A stretch of 32,000 nucleotides of DNA. Origin: Thermodesulfobacterium commune DSM 2178 (GTDB lineage Bacteria; Desulfobacterota; Thermodesulfobacteria; Thermodesulfobacteriales; Thermodesulfobacteriaceae). The translations under genes and the position numbers were made by a program. The notes below the pieces were generated by a model that searched no databases, was not told the origin of the DNA, and saw only the letters and a program-made list of their open reading frames with translations. Of the stretch, positions 24,240 through 32,000 are shown piece by piece (the first letter of the stretch is position 1; the number at the start of each line of letters is the position of its first letter). The stretch is from contig NZ_CP008796.1 in the NCBI RefSeq assembly GCF_000734015.1, forward strand, positions 1,650,001 to 1,682,000, read 5' to 3'.

Positions 24240-24722
24240 ATGAATAATTTTGGAGTTATAATTAAAAATATGAATGTTGGGACTGTAGATTCCACTTTTA
24301 TTAAATCTTTTGCTACTCCTAAAGAGGAAAATTTAGAAGAGTTGAAAGTTCGTGCTGTGATAGAAAAACTTAAAATCAGAGAAAAACAGGTTATAGCCCA
24401 TGAGATGGCTCATAAAATCGTGGGAGGAAAGTATGCAGGAAGTGTACATTATCAGTATACACGAGGCCCAGACGGAAAGTTTTACATTTCTGGTGGTGAA
24501 GTAAGCATAGATGTTTCTGAAGAAAGTTCCCCTGAAAAAACCATTCAGAAGATGGAAATCGTAAGGGCTGCAGCCTTAGCTCCAGCAGACCCTTCTCCTC
24601 AAGACCTACAGGTAGCACAAACCGCCACAGTCAAAGAAATAAAAGCAAGAAGAGAATTGAGTCTTTTGAAAGAAAAGGAACAACACCTATCTAAAGGAAA
24701 GATTTTAGATATCAAAGTTTAA
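24240..24722 (+). CDS. SprA-related family protein (putative HExxH metalloprotease-like, function unknown)
   Basis: VIAHEMAHKIVGGKYAGSVHYQYTRGPDGKFYISGGEVSIDVS...IVRAAALAPADPSPQDLQVA matches my memory of the SprA-related (PF12118-type) consensus (AHE.AH...Y.Y..GPDG..Y..GGEV.ID......KA..I..AALAPA.PS.QD). The start could also be ATG 24270. Confidence 0.7.
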   Translation: MNNFGVIIKNMNVGTVDSTFIKSFATPKEENLEELKVRAVIEKLKIREKQVIAHEMAHKIVGGKYAGSVHYQYTRGPDGKFYISGGEVSIDVSEESSPEKTIQKMEIVRAAALAPADPSPQDLQVAQTATVKEIKARRELSLLKEKEQHLSKGKILDIKV

Positions 24723-25385
24723 ATCATAAAAGACTTTACGATAGACCTCAGAAAAAGGCTCTCCCTGGTAGTGATAGGTAAGCATCCCTATGGTTTTAGC
24801 AGGTTCTATGTCGTTTTTTAAAGAGTCTCCTATCATCAAGGCTTCGTGTGGATCTACTTTTAAGATTTCTAAGGCTGTTTGAAAAAGCTTTAAATCTGGT
24901 TTAAGATATCCTACTTCACACCCTATAAAAATTTCATCAAAAAGTTCGCCTAACCCAAGCTGTTTTAAAATGTTTCTTAGTCTGGCATCCCAATTAGAAA
25001 TAACCGCTGTCTTAATACCTTGTTTTTTTAAAAGGGATAATATCTCTGGAAAATCTTGAGCTAAAATCACACAATCCTTGGTTGCGAAGAACTCCCAACT
25101 TTTCTGAAAAACCTCCTCAAAACAAGGGGCATTTTTCAAAGGCTCAAAGGTTTTTTCAAATATTTGATACCATCCTTTTTTACAAAGCTCCTGAGTCCAG
25201 CGTTCAACTCTGTCGTGCTTAAATTTATCCCTAAAAGCTGGTATAAACCTTTTCATTATTTCCGAAGGAGAAACCTCATATCCTCTTTCTCTCCAAAATC
25301 TGGCGTAGATCTCACCTACTGACGGAGAGATATGTAAAAAAGTACCTTCTGCATCAAAAAATACTACTTTTATCTTTTTCTCCAT
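24705..25385 (-). CDS. HAD-superfamily hydrolase (subfamily IA-like)
   Basis: Motif I VVFFDAEGTF, motif II AVISNW, motif III/IV K...MIGDSLKNDI. It is 226 aa. Its 3' end overlaps the convergent SprA-related gene by 18 nt. Confidence 0.8.
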   Translation of the reverse strand: MEKKIKVVFFDAEGTFLHISPSVGEIYARFWRERGYEVSPSEIMKRFIPAFRDKFKHDRVERWTQELCKKGWYQIFEKTFEPLKNAPCFEEVFQKSWEFFATKDCVILAQDFPEILSLLKKQGIKTAVISNWDARLRNILKQLGLGELFDEIFIGCEVGYLKPDLKLFQTALEILKVDPHEALMIGDSLKNDIEPAKTIGMLTYHYQGEPFSEVYRKVFYDLNFDI

Positions 25386-25472
25386 AGACTTATTTTCTCA
25401 TACTTTCGAGATTTTTTCAACCTCTGATTAAGTGTAATCTCATAGTAGCTTTTGTGGTTAAAAAAACCTCTT

Positions 25473-26642
25473 TTAGCTTTGGGTATAGGTCTTTTTTACC
25501 TTTAATAGTAAAGGTATTGCCGAAAGTTGTAAAATTATCGAAACTGTGATAAGGGCATAAACAGAAAAGTGATATAACACCCCTAAGATGGTGCTACCTA
25601 AAAACCAAAAGAATCCGTAGGTTGTGTGAAATACACCATATCCTGTTCCTCTTTTTTCTTGAGGTACTAATAGGGTAACCGCTGCCCTGATGATAGACTC
25701 CTGGGCCCCCATACCTATTCCCCATAAAATCATCCCTAAGACCGCCCCATAAAATCCTCCTAAAAAGCATAAAGGGGCAAATCCCGATGAGATTATTACC
25801 GAAAAAAGAAGAACAGAAAATCCTTTCTTATCAAATAGATAGCCAAAAAAAAGTGCAGCTAAGGCATCTACCCCCATAGCTATCGCATAAAAAACAGGAA
25901 TCCAAGTTTCTGAGATGTTAGCTACCTTTTTAAAGTGATAAGCAATTAGGGGATAGTCTGCATATCCTGCTCCGTATAAACTAACCGCTATAAGATAGAT
26001 CCAGTAGACTTTTTTAAATCCTTCAGGTTTAACTTGGATGGTTTTGATTTTTAAATAAGAAGGCGAAGGGTATAAAAACCTGGCTATCATTAAGATTGAA
26101 ATCGCTAAAACCGCCGGTATCAACAAAACCCCAAAAGCCTCTCTATAGCCTCCTTGAAGGTAAAAAACGAGGGCTATCATGAGAGGACCAAGCATGGCTC
26201 CTATCTGATCCATAGCCTCGTGAAGCCCAAAGCCCCATCCATAACCTATTTTCCCGGCTGCATGACTAAGTAGAGCATCTCTTGCCGGAGTTCTTATTGC
26301 TTTACCAATCCTTTCTATAAAAAGCAACATAACCGCCAATTCCCATCGTCCTACCAACGCCAAAGCCGGTACACTTAGCAGGTTGATAAGATAACCTGCT
26401 ATTATAATCCCCCAGTATTTACCTGTTTTATCGGTTATCCAACCTGAAATAATCCTTAGCCCATACCCTAAAAACTCGCCTAATCCAGCGATAAAACCTA
26501 CAACCAAACTTGAAGCACCAAGGGTTAAAAGAAAAGGTCCGGTAATGCTTCTTGCTCCTTCGTAGGTTAGGTCTGAAAAAAGGCTTACTAAACCAAGTAA
26601 GATTATAAAAAAAGCAGGTTTTTTGGAATCAATCTTTAACAT
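25473..26642 (-). CDS. MFS transporter (12-TM type)
   Basis: Polytopic throughout. An MFS-like loop motif is GWITDKTGKYWG. I prefer ATG 26642 (AAGGAAG RBS 5 nt upstream) over the track start 26672, which has no RBS. Confidence 0.8.
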   Translation of the reverse strand: MLKIDSKKPAFFIILLGLVSLFSDLTYEGARSITGPFLLTLGASSLVVGFIAGLGEFLGYGLRIISGWITDKTGKYWGIIIAGYLINLLSVPALALVGRWELAVMLLFIERIGKAIRTPARDALLSHAAGKIGYGWGFGLHEAMDQIGAMLGPLMIALVFYLQGGYREAFGVLLIPAVLAISILMIARFLYPSPSYLKIKTIQVKPEGFKKVYWIYLIAVSLYGAGYADYPLIAYHFKKVANISETWIPVFYAIAMGVDALAALFFGYLFDKKGFSVLLFSVIISSGFAPLCFLGGFYGAVLGMILWGIGMGAQESIIRAAVTLLVPQEKRGTGYGVFHTTYGFFWFLGSTILGVLYHFSVYALITVSIILQLSAIPLLLKVKKTYTQS

Positions 26643-26778
26643 TTTGTCTTCCTTTATAAAGGAGTTAGTCATAAGAATATAGCTAAAAATAGAAAAATCA
26701 AGGGAGTAGAATATAAATTGTGTCTTTTAATAAAATATTTTAGAGGCATAATAAAAATTTTTAATATTTTTTAAATTA

Positions 26779-28088
26779 ATGATAACATAAAACCTAAAAG
26801 ACTAAACTAACCAGGAGGTCTGTAAAATGAAAAACTTAGACTTAGATTTAGAAAAAGTTTTAAGTGAAATCTCAAAAATTGAATCAAAAGAGGGTATCAA
26901 AATGGCTGCTGCACTCCTCTTAAACGCTCTCATGAAAAAAGAAAGAGAAATATTCCTTAGAGATAGTATTGATAATAAAGCTAATGGTTACTATGAAAGA
27001 CAACTTGCCTGTTTCTTAGGTAACCTTGGTATCTCTGTCCCAAGAGATAGAAAATCTGAATTCAGACCTGCTATTCTTCCTCCTGAATGGCAAAAAGCTG
27101 ATGAATCTTTCCAGGACTTTATCCTTAACCTCGTTCTCCAAAGCTACTCCCCCAATAAAATCAAAGCCCTCTTGCAATCTATGAAACTTCCCTACTCTCC
27201 AGAACAAATAGAAGAAATTAAAGAAGAATTGTATAACCAAGCCAAAGAATTAAAAACCAAAGAATTGCCAGAAAATTTGTTTGCTATGTTTATAGACGCT
27301 TATCATACTCAGATAAAAGATACCGAAGCCAACAGAATCAGAAAAGCAGTTATTTATAATATCATCGGAATAGATATGGAGGGAAGAAAAAATTTACTTT
27401 CTTATTACATTTATTTTGGTTCAGAGACGAAGGAGGACTGGCTCCAGATACTTAATGATTTGATAAAGAGGGGAGTTAAGAGGGTTATGGTAATAGTGAG
27501 TGATGATTTTCCTGGCCTTGCTCAAGCCATAAAAGCCCTTTTTCCTGAGACAGATCATCAGCTTTGTTTTGTACACATGCAAAGGAACATCAACAGGAAC
27601 ATGTCTAAGCAGGATGCTAAAAAATTTTATGAGGAGTTAAGCATTATAAAGAGGATAGAGGAGTATGAGAGGGCCTTAATTAGATTTGAGGAATTATGTA
27701 AGAGTTATGAGAAGAAGTATCCAGCTTATATAAAGGGACTTTTGAAAAAGAAGGAGCATTATTTTGTTTATAAGAAATATCCTGAGGGGGTGAGGAGGTA
27801 TATATACACGACGAATGTGGTTGAGAATATAAATAGCAGGATAGAGCTGATAAGGGTAAATACAGGGGGATATTTTCAATCAATCAAGACAGCAGAGGTT
27901 GCGATATACATAACAGTAAGTCGGATTCAGAAAACGAGATGGCAAAAACCACTTCCTTTAATTAAGTCTGCTTTATACGAATTGAGGCAAATGTTTGTAA
28001 AGAGATTTTATAAGGAGACACAATTCTCTTGACAAGTGTCAAAATCAACTTAACTACTGAATAATTTAGGTTTTATGATTGTTATGAT
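26779..28088 (+). mobile_element. IS256-family insertion sequence (about 1.31 kb) with imperfect terminal inverted repeats
   Basis: It has a single mutator-type transposase ORF. The left end is ATGATAACATAAAACCTAAA (26779-26798). The reverse complement of the right end is ATCATAACAATCATAAAACCTAAA (28065-28088). 19 of 20 aligned positions are identical, with one 4-nt indel. The size fits the IS256 family. Confidence 0.7.
26827..28032 (+). CDS. IS256-family (mutator-type) DDE transposase
   Basis: It is 401 aa. Motifs: MFIDAYHTQIK, VMVIVSDDFPGLAQAIKALFPETDHQLCFVHMQRN and YTTNVVENINSRIE, which match the Transposase_mut/IS256 pattern. AGGAGG RBS at 26813-26818. Confidence 0.9.
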   Translation: MKNLDLDLEKVLSEISKIESKEGIKMAAALLLNALMKKEREIFLRDSIDNKANGYYERQLACFLGNLGISVPRDRKSEFRPAILPPEWQKADESFQDFILNLVLQSYSPNKIKALLQSMKLPYSPEQIEEIKEELYNQAKELKTKELPENLFAMFIDAYHTQIKDTEANRIRKAVIYNIIGIDMEGRKNLLSYYIYFGSETKEDWLQILNDLIKRGVKRVMVIVSDDFPGLAQAIKALFPETDHQLCFVHMQRNINRNMSKQDAKKFYEELSIIKRIEEYERALIRFEELCKSYEKKYPAYIKGLLKKKEHYFVYKKYPEGVRRYIYTTNVVENINSRIELIRVNTGGYFQSIKTAEVAIYITVSRIQKTRWQKPLPLIKSALYELRQMFVKRFYKETQFS

Positions 28089-28106
28089 AGCAACGTCTTC
28101 AAATCA

Positions 28107-28115
28107 TGTTATAAT
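28107..28115 (+). promoter_or_regulatory. Putative extended -10 promoter element (TGTTATAAT) for purB
   Basis: TGnTATAAT at 28107-28115 lies 32 nt upstream of ATG 28147, with RBS GGGGGAAGGA in between. The predicted -35 position (28087-28092, ATAGCA) straddles the IS right end. Pattern match only. Confidence 0.35.
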
Positions 28116-28146
28116 ACGAGTATAAATAAAAGAAGGGGGAAGGAAC

Positions 28147-29472
28147 ATGATACCAAGGTATACACGTCCTATAATGGCTAAGCTTTGGAGTCCAGAAGAA
28201 AGACTGAGAGCCTGGGGGTTGGTGGAGTTTTATGCCTGTGAGGCCTGGTATAAATTGGGTAAAGTGCCAGAAGGGGACTATCAAAAGATTAAAGAGAAGC
28301 TTCTTCCTTATCTAGAAGAAGGAGGATTTACCGAAGCCAACGTAAAAAGGGTGGAAGAGATAGAAAAAGAAACTAAACACGACGTGATAGCTTTTTTAAC
28401 CCATCTGGCTGAGATCATAGGTCCATCAGCCAGATACCTTCACCTTGGTATGACATCTTCTGATATGCTTGATACCGCCATGGCTTGGTTGATGAAAAGA
28501 GCCATGGAAATAATCCTTGAAGACCTGACGAGAATAAAGGAGGTTTTAAAAGCAAGGGCTTATGAATTTAAAGATACGTTAATGATAGGAAGAACCCATG
28601 GAATTCATGCAGAACCTATTACCTTTGGGTTAAAACTTGCGCTCTGGTATGAAGAGATGAAAAGAAACGAGAAAAGGTTGAAAAACGCTCTTGAATGTAT
28701 TTCTTATGGGAAAATATCTGGAGCTGTAGGCACTTTTGCCCATGTGCCCCCTGAGGTAGAGGCTTATGTATGTGAGAAAATGGGTTTAAAGCCTGCTCCT
28801 GTATCGAATCAGATAATCCAAAGGGATAGGTACGCTGAGTATATGGCTTCTTTGGCTATTTTAGGAACTACGGTAGAAAAAATAGCTACAGAGATCAGAC
28901 ATCTCCAGAGAACTGAAGTGCTTGAGGCAGAAGAATTCTTTTCTCCTGGGCAAAAAGGTTCTTCTGCCATGCCTCATAAACGAAATCCTATTCTTTCTGA
29001 AAACCTTTGTGGTCTTGCAAGACTTCTTAGAGGTTATTTGGTTCCTGCTCTCGAAAACGTTGCTCTTTGGCATGAAAGAGATATAAGTCATTCTTCTGCT
29101 GAAAGGGTAATTGTGCCTGATGCCACTACTGTCGCAGATTTTATGTTAGTTCGTTTAGAAGGCCTGTTAAAAAATTTGGTGGTCTATCCTGAGAACATGA
29201 TAAAAAACTTTAATCTCTTAAGAGGACTTACCTTTTCTCAACAGGTGATGTTAGCTTTGGTAGAAAAGGGGATGATAAGAGAAGAGGCTTATAAAATCGT
29301 ACAGGAATTGGCTATGAAGGTGTGGAAAGATACGAATTTGAACTTTAAAGATTTGGTGTTGTCAGACCAAAGAATAAGAAACTTTTTAACTCAAGAAGAA
29401 ATAGAACATATTTTTGACGTAAAATATTACTTAAGGTATGTAGACCAGATTTTTGAAAGAGTTTTTGGATAG
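28147..29472 (+). CDS. purB: Adenylosuccinate lyase
   Basis: Fumarate-lyase signature GSSAMPHKRNP, TSSDMLDTA and HGIHAEPITFG. It is 441 aa. Confidence 0.95.
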   Translation: MIPRYTRPIMAKLWSPEERLRAWGLVEFYACEAWYKLGKVPEGDYQKIKEKLLPYLEEGGFTEANVKRVEEIEKETKHDVIAFLTHLAEIIGPSARYLHLGMTSSDMLDTAMAWLMKRAMEIILEDLTRIKEVLKARAYEFKDTLMIGRTHGIHAEPITFGLKLALWYEEMKRNEKRLKNALECISYGKISGAVGTFAHVPPEVEAYVCEKMGLKPAPVSNQIIQRDRYAEYMASLAILGTTVEKIATEIRHLQRTEVLEAEEFFSPGQKGSSAMPHKRNPILSENLCGLARLLRGYLVPALENVALWHERDISHSSAERVIVPDATTVADFMLVRLEGLLKNLVVYPENMIKNFNLLRGLTFSQQVMLALVEKGMIREEAYKIVQELAMKVWKDTNLNFKDLVLSDQRIRNFLTQEEIEHIFDVKYYLRYVDQIFERVFG

Positions 29473-29865
29473 ATGGCGGTTAAGGTAGTAGCAGGGTTTA
29501 TAGAAAAAGATGGTAAGGTTTTAGTAGTAAAAAGGCCTACAGACAAAAAAAGAGGAGGACTTTGGGAATTTCCTGGTGGAAAGGTAGAAGCTGGTGAAAG
29601 TTTACAAGAAGCTTTAAGGAGGGAATTAAAAGAAGAGTTAGGGATAGAGGTTAGGGTAGGAGAGGTTTTAGAAAAAATAAGATATATTTATCCTGATGAG
29701 GAAATAGAGCTTTATCTTCTGTCAGTAGCTGTAAACCGAGACCTTGATTTAAAAGAATCGCTAGAGGTTAAGTGGGTAGACTTACAAGAATTAGAAAACT
29801 TAGAGCTTTGTCCTGCAGATAAGGTTTTGTTATCAAAATTAACTCTTGTCAAAAACAAAAAATAG
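29473..29865 (+). CDS. Nudix hydrolase (MutT/NudG-like nucleoside triphosphate pyrophosphohydrolase)
   Basis: Nudix box GGKVEAGESLQEALRRELKEELGI, preceded by WEFPGG. It is 130 aa. Its ATG directly abuts the purB stop. Confidence 0.88.
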   Translation: MAVKVVAGFIEKDGKVLVVKRPTDKKRGGLWEFPGGKVEAGESLQEALRRELKEELGIEVRVGEVLEKIRYIYPDEEIELYLLSVAVNRDLDLKESLEVKWVDLQELENLELCPADKVLLSKLTLVKNKK

Positions 29866-29892
29866 GTTAACTTTATAAATTGAGGCTTTTTT

Positions 29893-29964
29893 GGGCGGTT
29901 AGCTCAGGGGTAGAGCGCCATCCTCACACGGTGGATGTCGCAGGTTCAAATCCTGCACCGCCCA
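29893..29964 (+). tRNA. tRNA-Val (anticodon CAC); CCA not encoded
   Basis: GGGCGGT-TA-GCTC-AGGGGTA-GAGC-G-CCATC-CTCACAC-GGTGG-ATGTC-GCAGG-TTCAAAT-CCTGC-ACCGCCC-A. The cloverleaf pairs fully, with one G-U in the anticodon stem. Confidence 0.93.
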
Positions 29965-29969
29965 TTTTG

Positions 29970-30021
29970 CCTCCTTGCTCCTTGAAGACTCAAGGGGCCC
30001 AAAAATAGGACCAAAAGGAGG
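29970..30021 (+). promoter_or_regulatory. Candidate structured rpsF 5' leader: anti-SD (CCTCCTT), an 8-bp hairpin and the SD (AAGGAGG)
   Basis: CCTCCTT at 29970-29976 is perfectly complementary to SD AAGGAGG at 30015-30021. Between them, CTCCTTGA (29978-29985), loop AGAC and TCAAGGGG (29990-29997) form an 8-bp stem with one G-U. The ATG is at 30028. Confidence 0.35.
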
Positions 30022-30027
30022 GTAAAG

Positions 30028-30372
30028 ATGGCTTTGTGGCGACCAGTTAAAAGGTTTCGTAAATGGGAAACCCTATTTATCATCCATCCTGATAGGGTAT
30101 CTGAAAAAGATCAGGTTTTAGAAAAAGTTAAAGAGATTATTAACTCTAAAGAAGGTGATGTACTTAAAGTAGACGAATGGGGTTTAAGGAAACTCGCTTA
30201 TCCCATTGCTAAACGTAAAAATGGTTATTATGTCTTAATAGAGTTTTATGGTTTAGCAGATACCCCAAAGGCATTAGAGGATTATTTTAGGATAGATGAA
30301 CGTGTGGTAAGGTTTATCGTGGTTAAGTTGGAAGATAGATATAATCCAGAAAAAGTATCAAATGAGGGGTAA
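30028..30372 (+). CDS. rpsF: 30S ribosomal protein S6
   Basis: [10 protein letters not shown]...[14 protein letters not shown]...GYYVLIEF is the S6 signature. A strong AAGGAGGG RBS supports ATG 30028, which gives about a 10-aa N-terminal extension. Confidence 0.93.
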   Translation: MALWRPVKRFRKWETLFIIHPDRVSEKDQVLEKVKEIINSKEGDVLKVDEWGLRKLAYPIAKRKNGYYVLIEFYGLADTPKALEDYFRIDERVVRFIVVKLEDRYNPEKVSNEG

Positions 30373-30385
30373 CAGGGGGGATAAA

Positions 30386-30637
30386 ATGGAAAATACGATT
30401 ATAAAAAAGAAAGCCTTTGCTAAGAAAAAGTTTTGTCGTTTTTGCGCTGATCCAAGCGTTAAGATAGATTATAAAAACGCAGATCTTCTTAAACAGTTTT
30501 TAAACGAGAAGGGGATGATCATTCATAGAAGACAAACTGGTACCTGTGCCTACCATCAGAGACAACTTACTACTGCTATCAAAATGGCAAGAATAATGGC
30601 TCTTTTGCCTTTTGTGGCTGAAGTAGAGGTAGAATAA
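30386..30637 (+). CDS. rpsR: 30S ribosomal protein S18
   Basis: KKFCRFC...IDYKN..LLKQFL.E.G.I..RR.TG.CA.HQR.L..AIK.AR..ALLPF is the S18 signature. I prefer ATG 30386 (AGGGGGGAT RBS) to the track start 30362, which overlaps rpsF. Confidence 0.92.
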   Translation: MENTIIKKKAFAKKKFCRFCADPSVKIDYKNADLLKQFLNEKGMIIHRRQTGTCAYHQRQLTTAIKMARIMALLPFVAEVEVE

Positions 30638-30656
30638 TCAAACAGGGGGATAACCG

Positions 30657-31103
30657 ATGGAAGTGATATTGAGAACCGATGTTCCTAAATTAGGTAAGGC
30701 AGGTGATATCGTAAGGGTAAAAGATGGATATGCCAGAAATTATTTAATACCAAAAGGCTTTGCCATCCCAGCTAACCAGAAAAACATAAAAGCCTTGGAA
30801 AAAGAAAGGCAGATTATTTTAGCTAAGGCAGAAAGAGAACGTAAAAAACTTATGTCTTTGGCTGAAAAACTTGAAGGATTGGAATTGGTAATTTATAGGC
30901 GTAAAATAGAAGAGGATAGAATTTTTGGATCAGTTACGGTAGCAGACATAGTAAGCGCCTTAAAAGAAAAGGGATTTGAGGTAGATAAAAAGTTTATCGA
31001 ATTAGACCAGCCTATCAAAAAATTAGGGGTTTATGAGATACCTGTAAAATTTTCTCCTGATAGAGTAGTAACCATAAAGTTAGAAGTAATAGAAGAAAAA
31101 TAA
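30657..31103 (+). CDS. rplI: 50S ribosomal protein L9
   Basis: MEVILRTDVPKLGKAGDIVRVKDGYARNYLIPKGFA is the canonical L9 N-terminus. It is 148 aa. Confidence 0.95.
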   Translation: MEVILRTDVPKLGKAGDIVRVKDGYARNYLIPKGFAIPANQKNIKALEKERQIILAKAERERKKLMSLAEKLEGLELVIYRRKIEEDRIFGSVTVADIVSALKEKGFEVDKKFIELDQPIKKLGVYEIPVKFSPDRVVTIKLEVIEEK

Positions 31104-31112
31104 TATTTTTAA

Positions 31113-32000
31113 ATGTCAGCAAAAAAGAACTTAAAGTTTAAACAAGAGCTTGCGGAGGGTTTACCTCCTGAGCTCTTACCTCCTCAAGACCTACAGGCAG
31201 AAAAACATCTTTTAGCAAGTATTTTTATAGACCCTCCTTCCATAGTAAAAGTCCTTGACATCATCAAACCTGAAGATTTTTATGCCTTGCCCCACAGATT
31301 AATTTATAGTACCTTCCTTTCTCTCTTTGAAAGGGATGAGCCTATTGACATCGTAACCGTACATAATGAGCTTGAAAAGAGGGGAGAGTTAGAAAAGGTC
31401 GGTGGGGCGGTGTATTTAGCCGAGCTGGTTAGTCTTCTTCCTACTTCTGCCCACATCCTCTATTATGCAAAAATAGTAAAAGAAAAAAGTATTCTTAGAG
31501 AAATCATCAATATCTCCCAAGAGCTTATCTATAGGGCCTATTATTCTACAGAAGATTCTCAAGAACTTTTAAGTTATGCGGAAAAGGCCTTCTTTGAGTT
31601 GTCACATTATGGAAAAAAAGAGGGTTTTTCTCCTTTGAAAGATATAGTAAAAGATACCATCAAGTATTTAGAAAACATTTATCAAAAGGGAGACCTTATA
31701 ACCGGTATACCTACAGGTTTTTATGAATTAGACCGAATGACCGCAGGGTTACAAAAAGGAGACCTTATTATCATAGCTGCTCGTCCTGGTATGGGTAAGA
31801 CAGCCTTAGCCTTAGACATAGTAAGAAACGCTACCAAACAAGCCAACATAGGGGCTGCGGTTTTTTCTTTAGAAATGAGTAAACAACAACTTTGTGCAAG
31901 GATGCTTTGTGCTGAAGCCAAGGTAAATTTCCAAAAATTTAGGACTGGACAACTGGAGCCTCAAGAATGGCAAAAGATAGCTCAGGCAGCTTCCACCTTA
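31113..32000 (+). CDS. dnaB: Replicative DNA helicase DnaB (N-terminal about 296 codons; continues past the window end)
   Basis: ATG 31113, with the frame open to the window edge. It is not in the ORF track because there is no stop. It translates to ...PPQDLQAEKHLLASIFIDP...IPTGFYELDRMTAGLQKGDLIIIAARPGMGKTALALDIVRNA...AVFSLEMSKQQL, covering the DnaB N-domain, linker and Walker A. Confidence 0.93.
   Translation, partial: MSAKKNLKFKQELAEGLPPELLPPQDLQAEKHLLASIFIDPPSIVKVLDIIKPEDFYALPHRLIYSTFLSLFERDEPIDIVTVHNELEKRGELEKVGGAVYLAELVSLLPTSAHILYYAKIVKEKSILREIINISQELIYRAYYSTEDSQELLSYAEKAFFELSHYGKKEGFSPLKDIVKDTIKYLENIYQKGDLITGIPTGFYELDRMTAGLQKGDLIIIAARPGMGKTALALDIVRNATKQANIGAAVFSLEMSKQQLCARMLCAEAKVNFQKFRTGQLEPQEWQKIAQAASTL

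Noticed and set aside
23851-24243. 130-aa ORF in the supplied track
   Set aside because: It runs antisense straight through the well-formed tRNA-Leu gene (24083-24165). It has a non-ATG start and no RBS, and its sequence is low-complexity. It is almost certainly not coding.
25356-25385. HAD motif I reads FDAEGT (DxE) instead of the usual DxDGT
   Set aside because: Subfamilies of HAD IA (the 2-haloacid dehalogenase / REG-2-like type) naturally lack the second Asp, so this is not evidence of inactivation or novelty.
30373-30385. Absence of ssb/priB between rpsF and rpsR
   Set aside because: rpsF-rpsR-rplI without an intervening ssb occurs in a number of bacterial lineages. It is a synteny variant, not an anomaly.

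Overview
This is a gene-dense chromosomal window that is AT-rich and encodes K/E-rich proteins. That pattern fits a thermophilic anaerobe, possibly of the Thermodesulfobacteriota or Aquificota type, but this is an inference and no search was run. Contents from left to right: (1) The distal membrane arm of a complex-I-like operon. It has a nuoK-like 3' fragment, then four rather than three antiporter-like subunits and two tiny TM proteins, and ends in nuoM and nuoN. A Cache/HAMP methyl-accepting chemotaxis protein follows 36 nt downstream. (2) A minus-strand operon coupled by overlapping genes: trxB, a tandem PhnD-type lipoprotein, a sensor kinase with a 9-Cys insert inside its HAMP domain, and a sigma54 (NtrC-type) response regulator. 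(3) hypB-hypE-hypA-hypF plus a convergent, overlapping hydrogenase endopeptidase gene. (4) An orphan minor-pilin or pseudopilin cluster of FimT/GspH-, PilV-, PilW- and PilX-like genes, the last being a 624-aa Cys/Asn-rich protein. (5) An unknown membrane protein, tRNA-Leu(TAG), a SprA-related HExxH protein, a HAD hydrolase and an MFS transporter. (6) An IS256-family insertion sequence. (7) purB, a Nudix hydrolase, tRNA-Val(CAC), rpsF-rpsR-rplI and the 5' part of dnaB. The most interesting candidates are the PBP/kinase/sigma54 module with its Cys-rich HAMP insert and linked trxB, the four-pump complex I arm, and the pilin cluster with its giant tip-like protein. No CRISPR array, rRNA or obvious defence island was seen. 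All family calls rest on motifs I read by eye in the supplied translations; no database search was possible.
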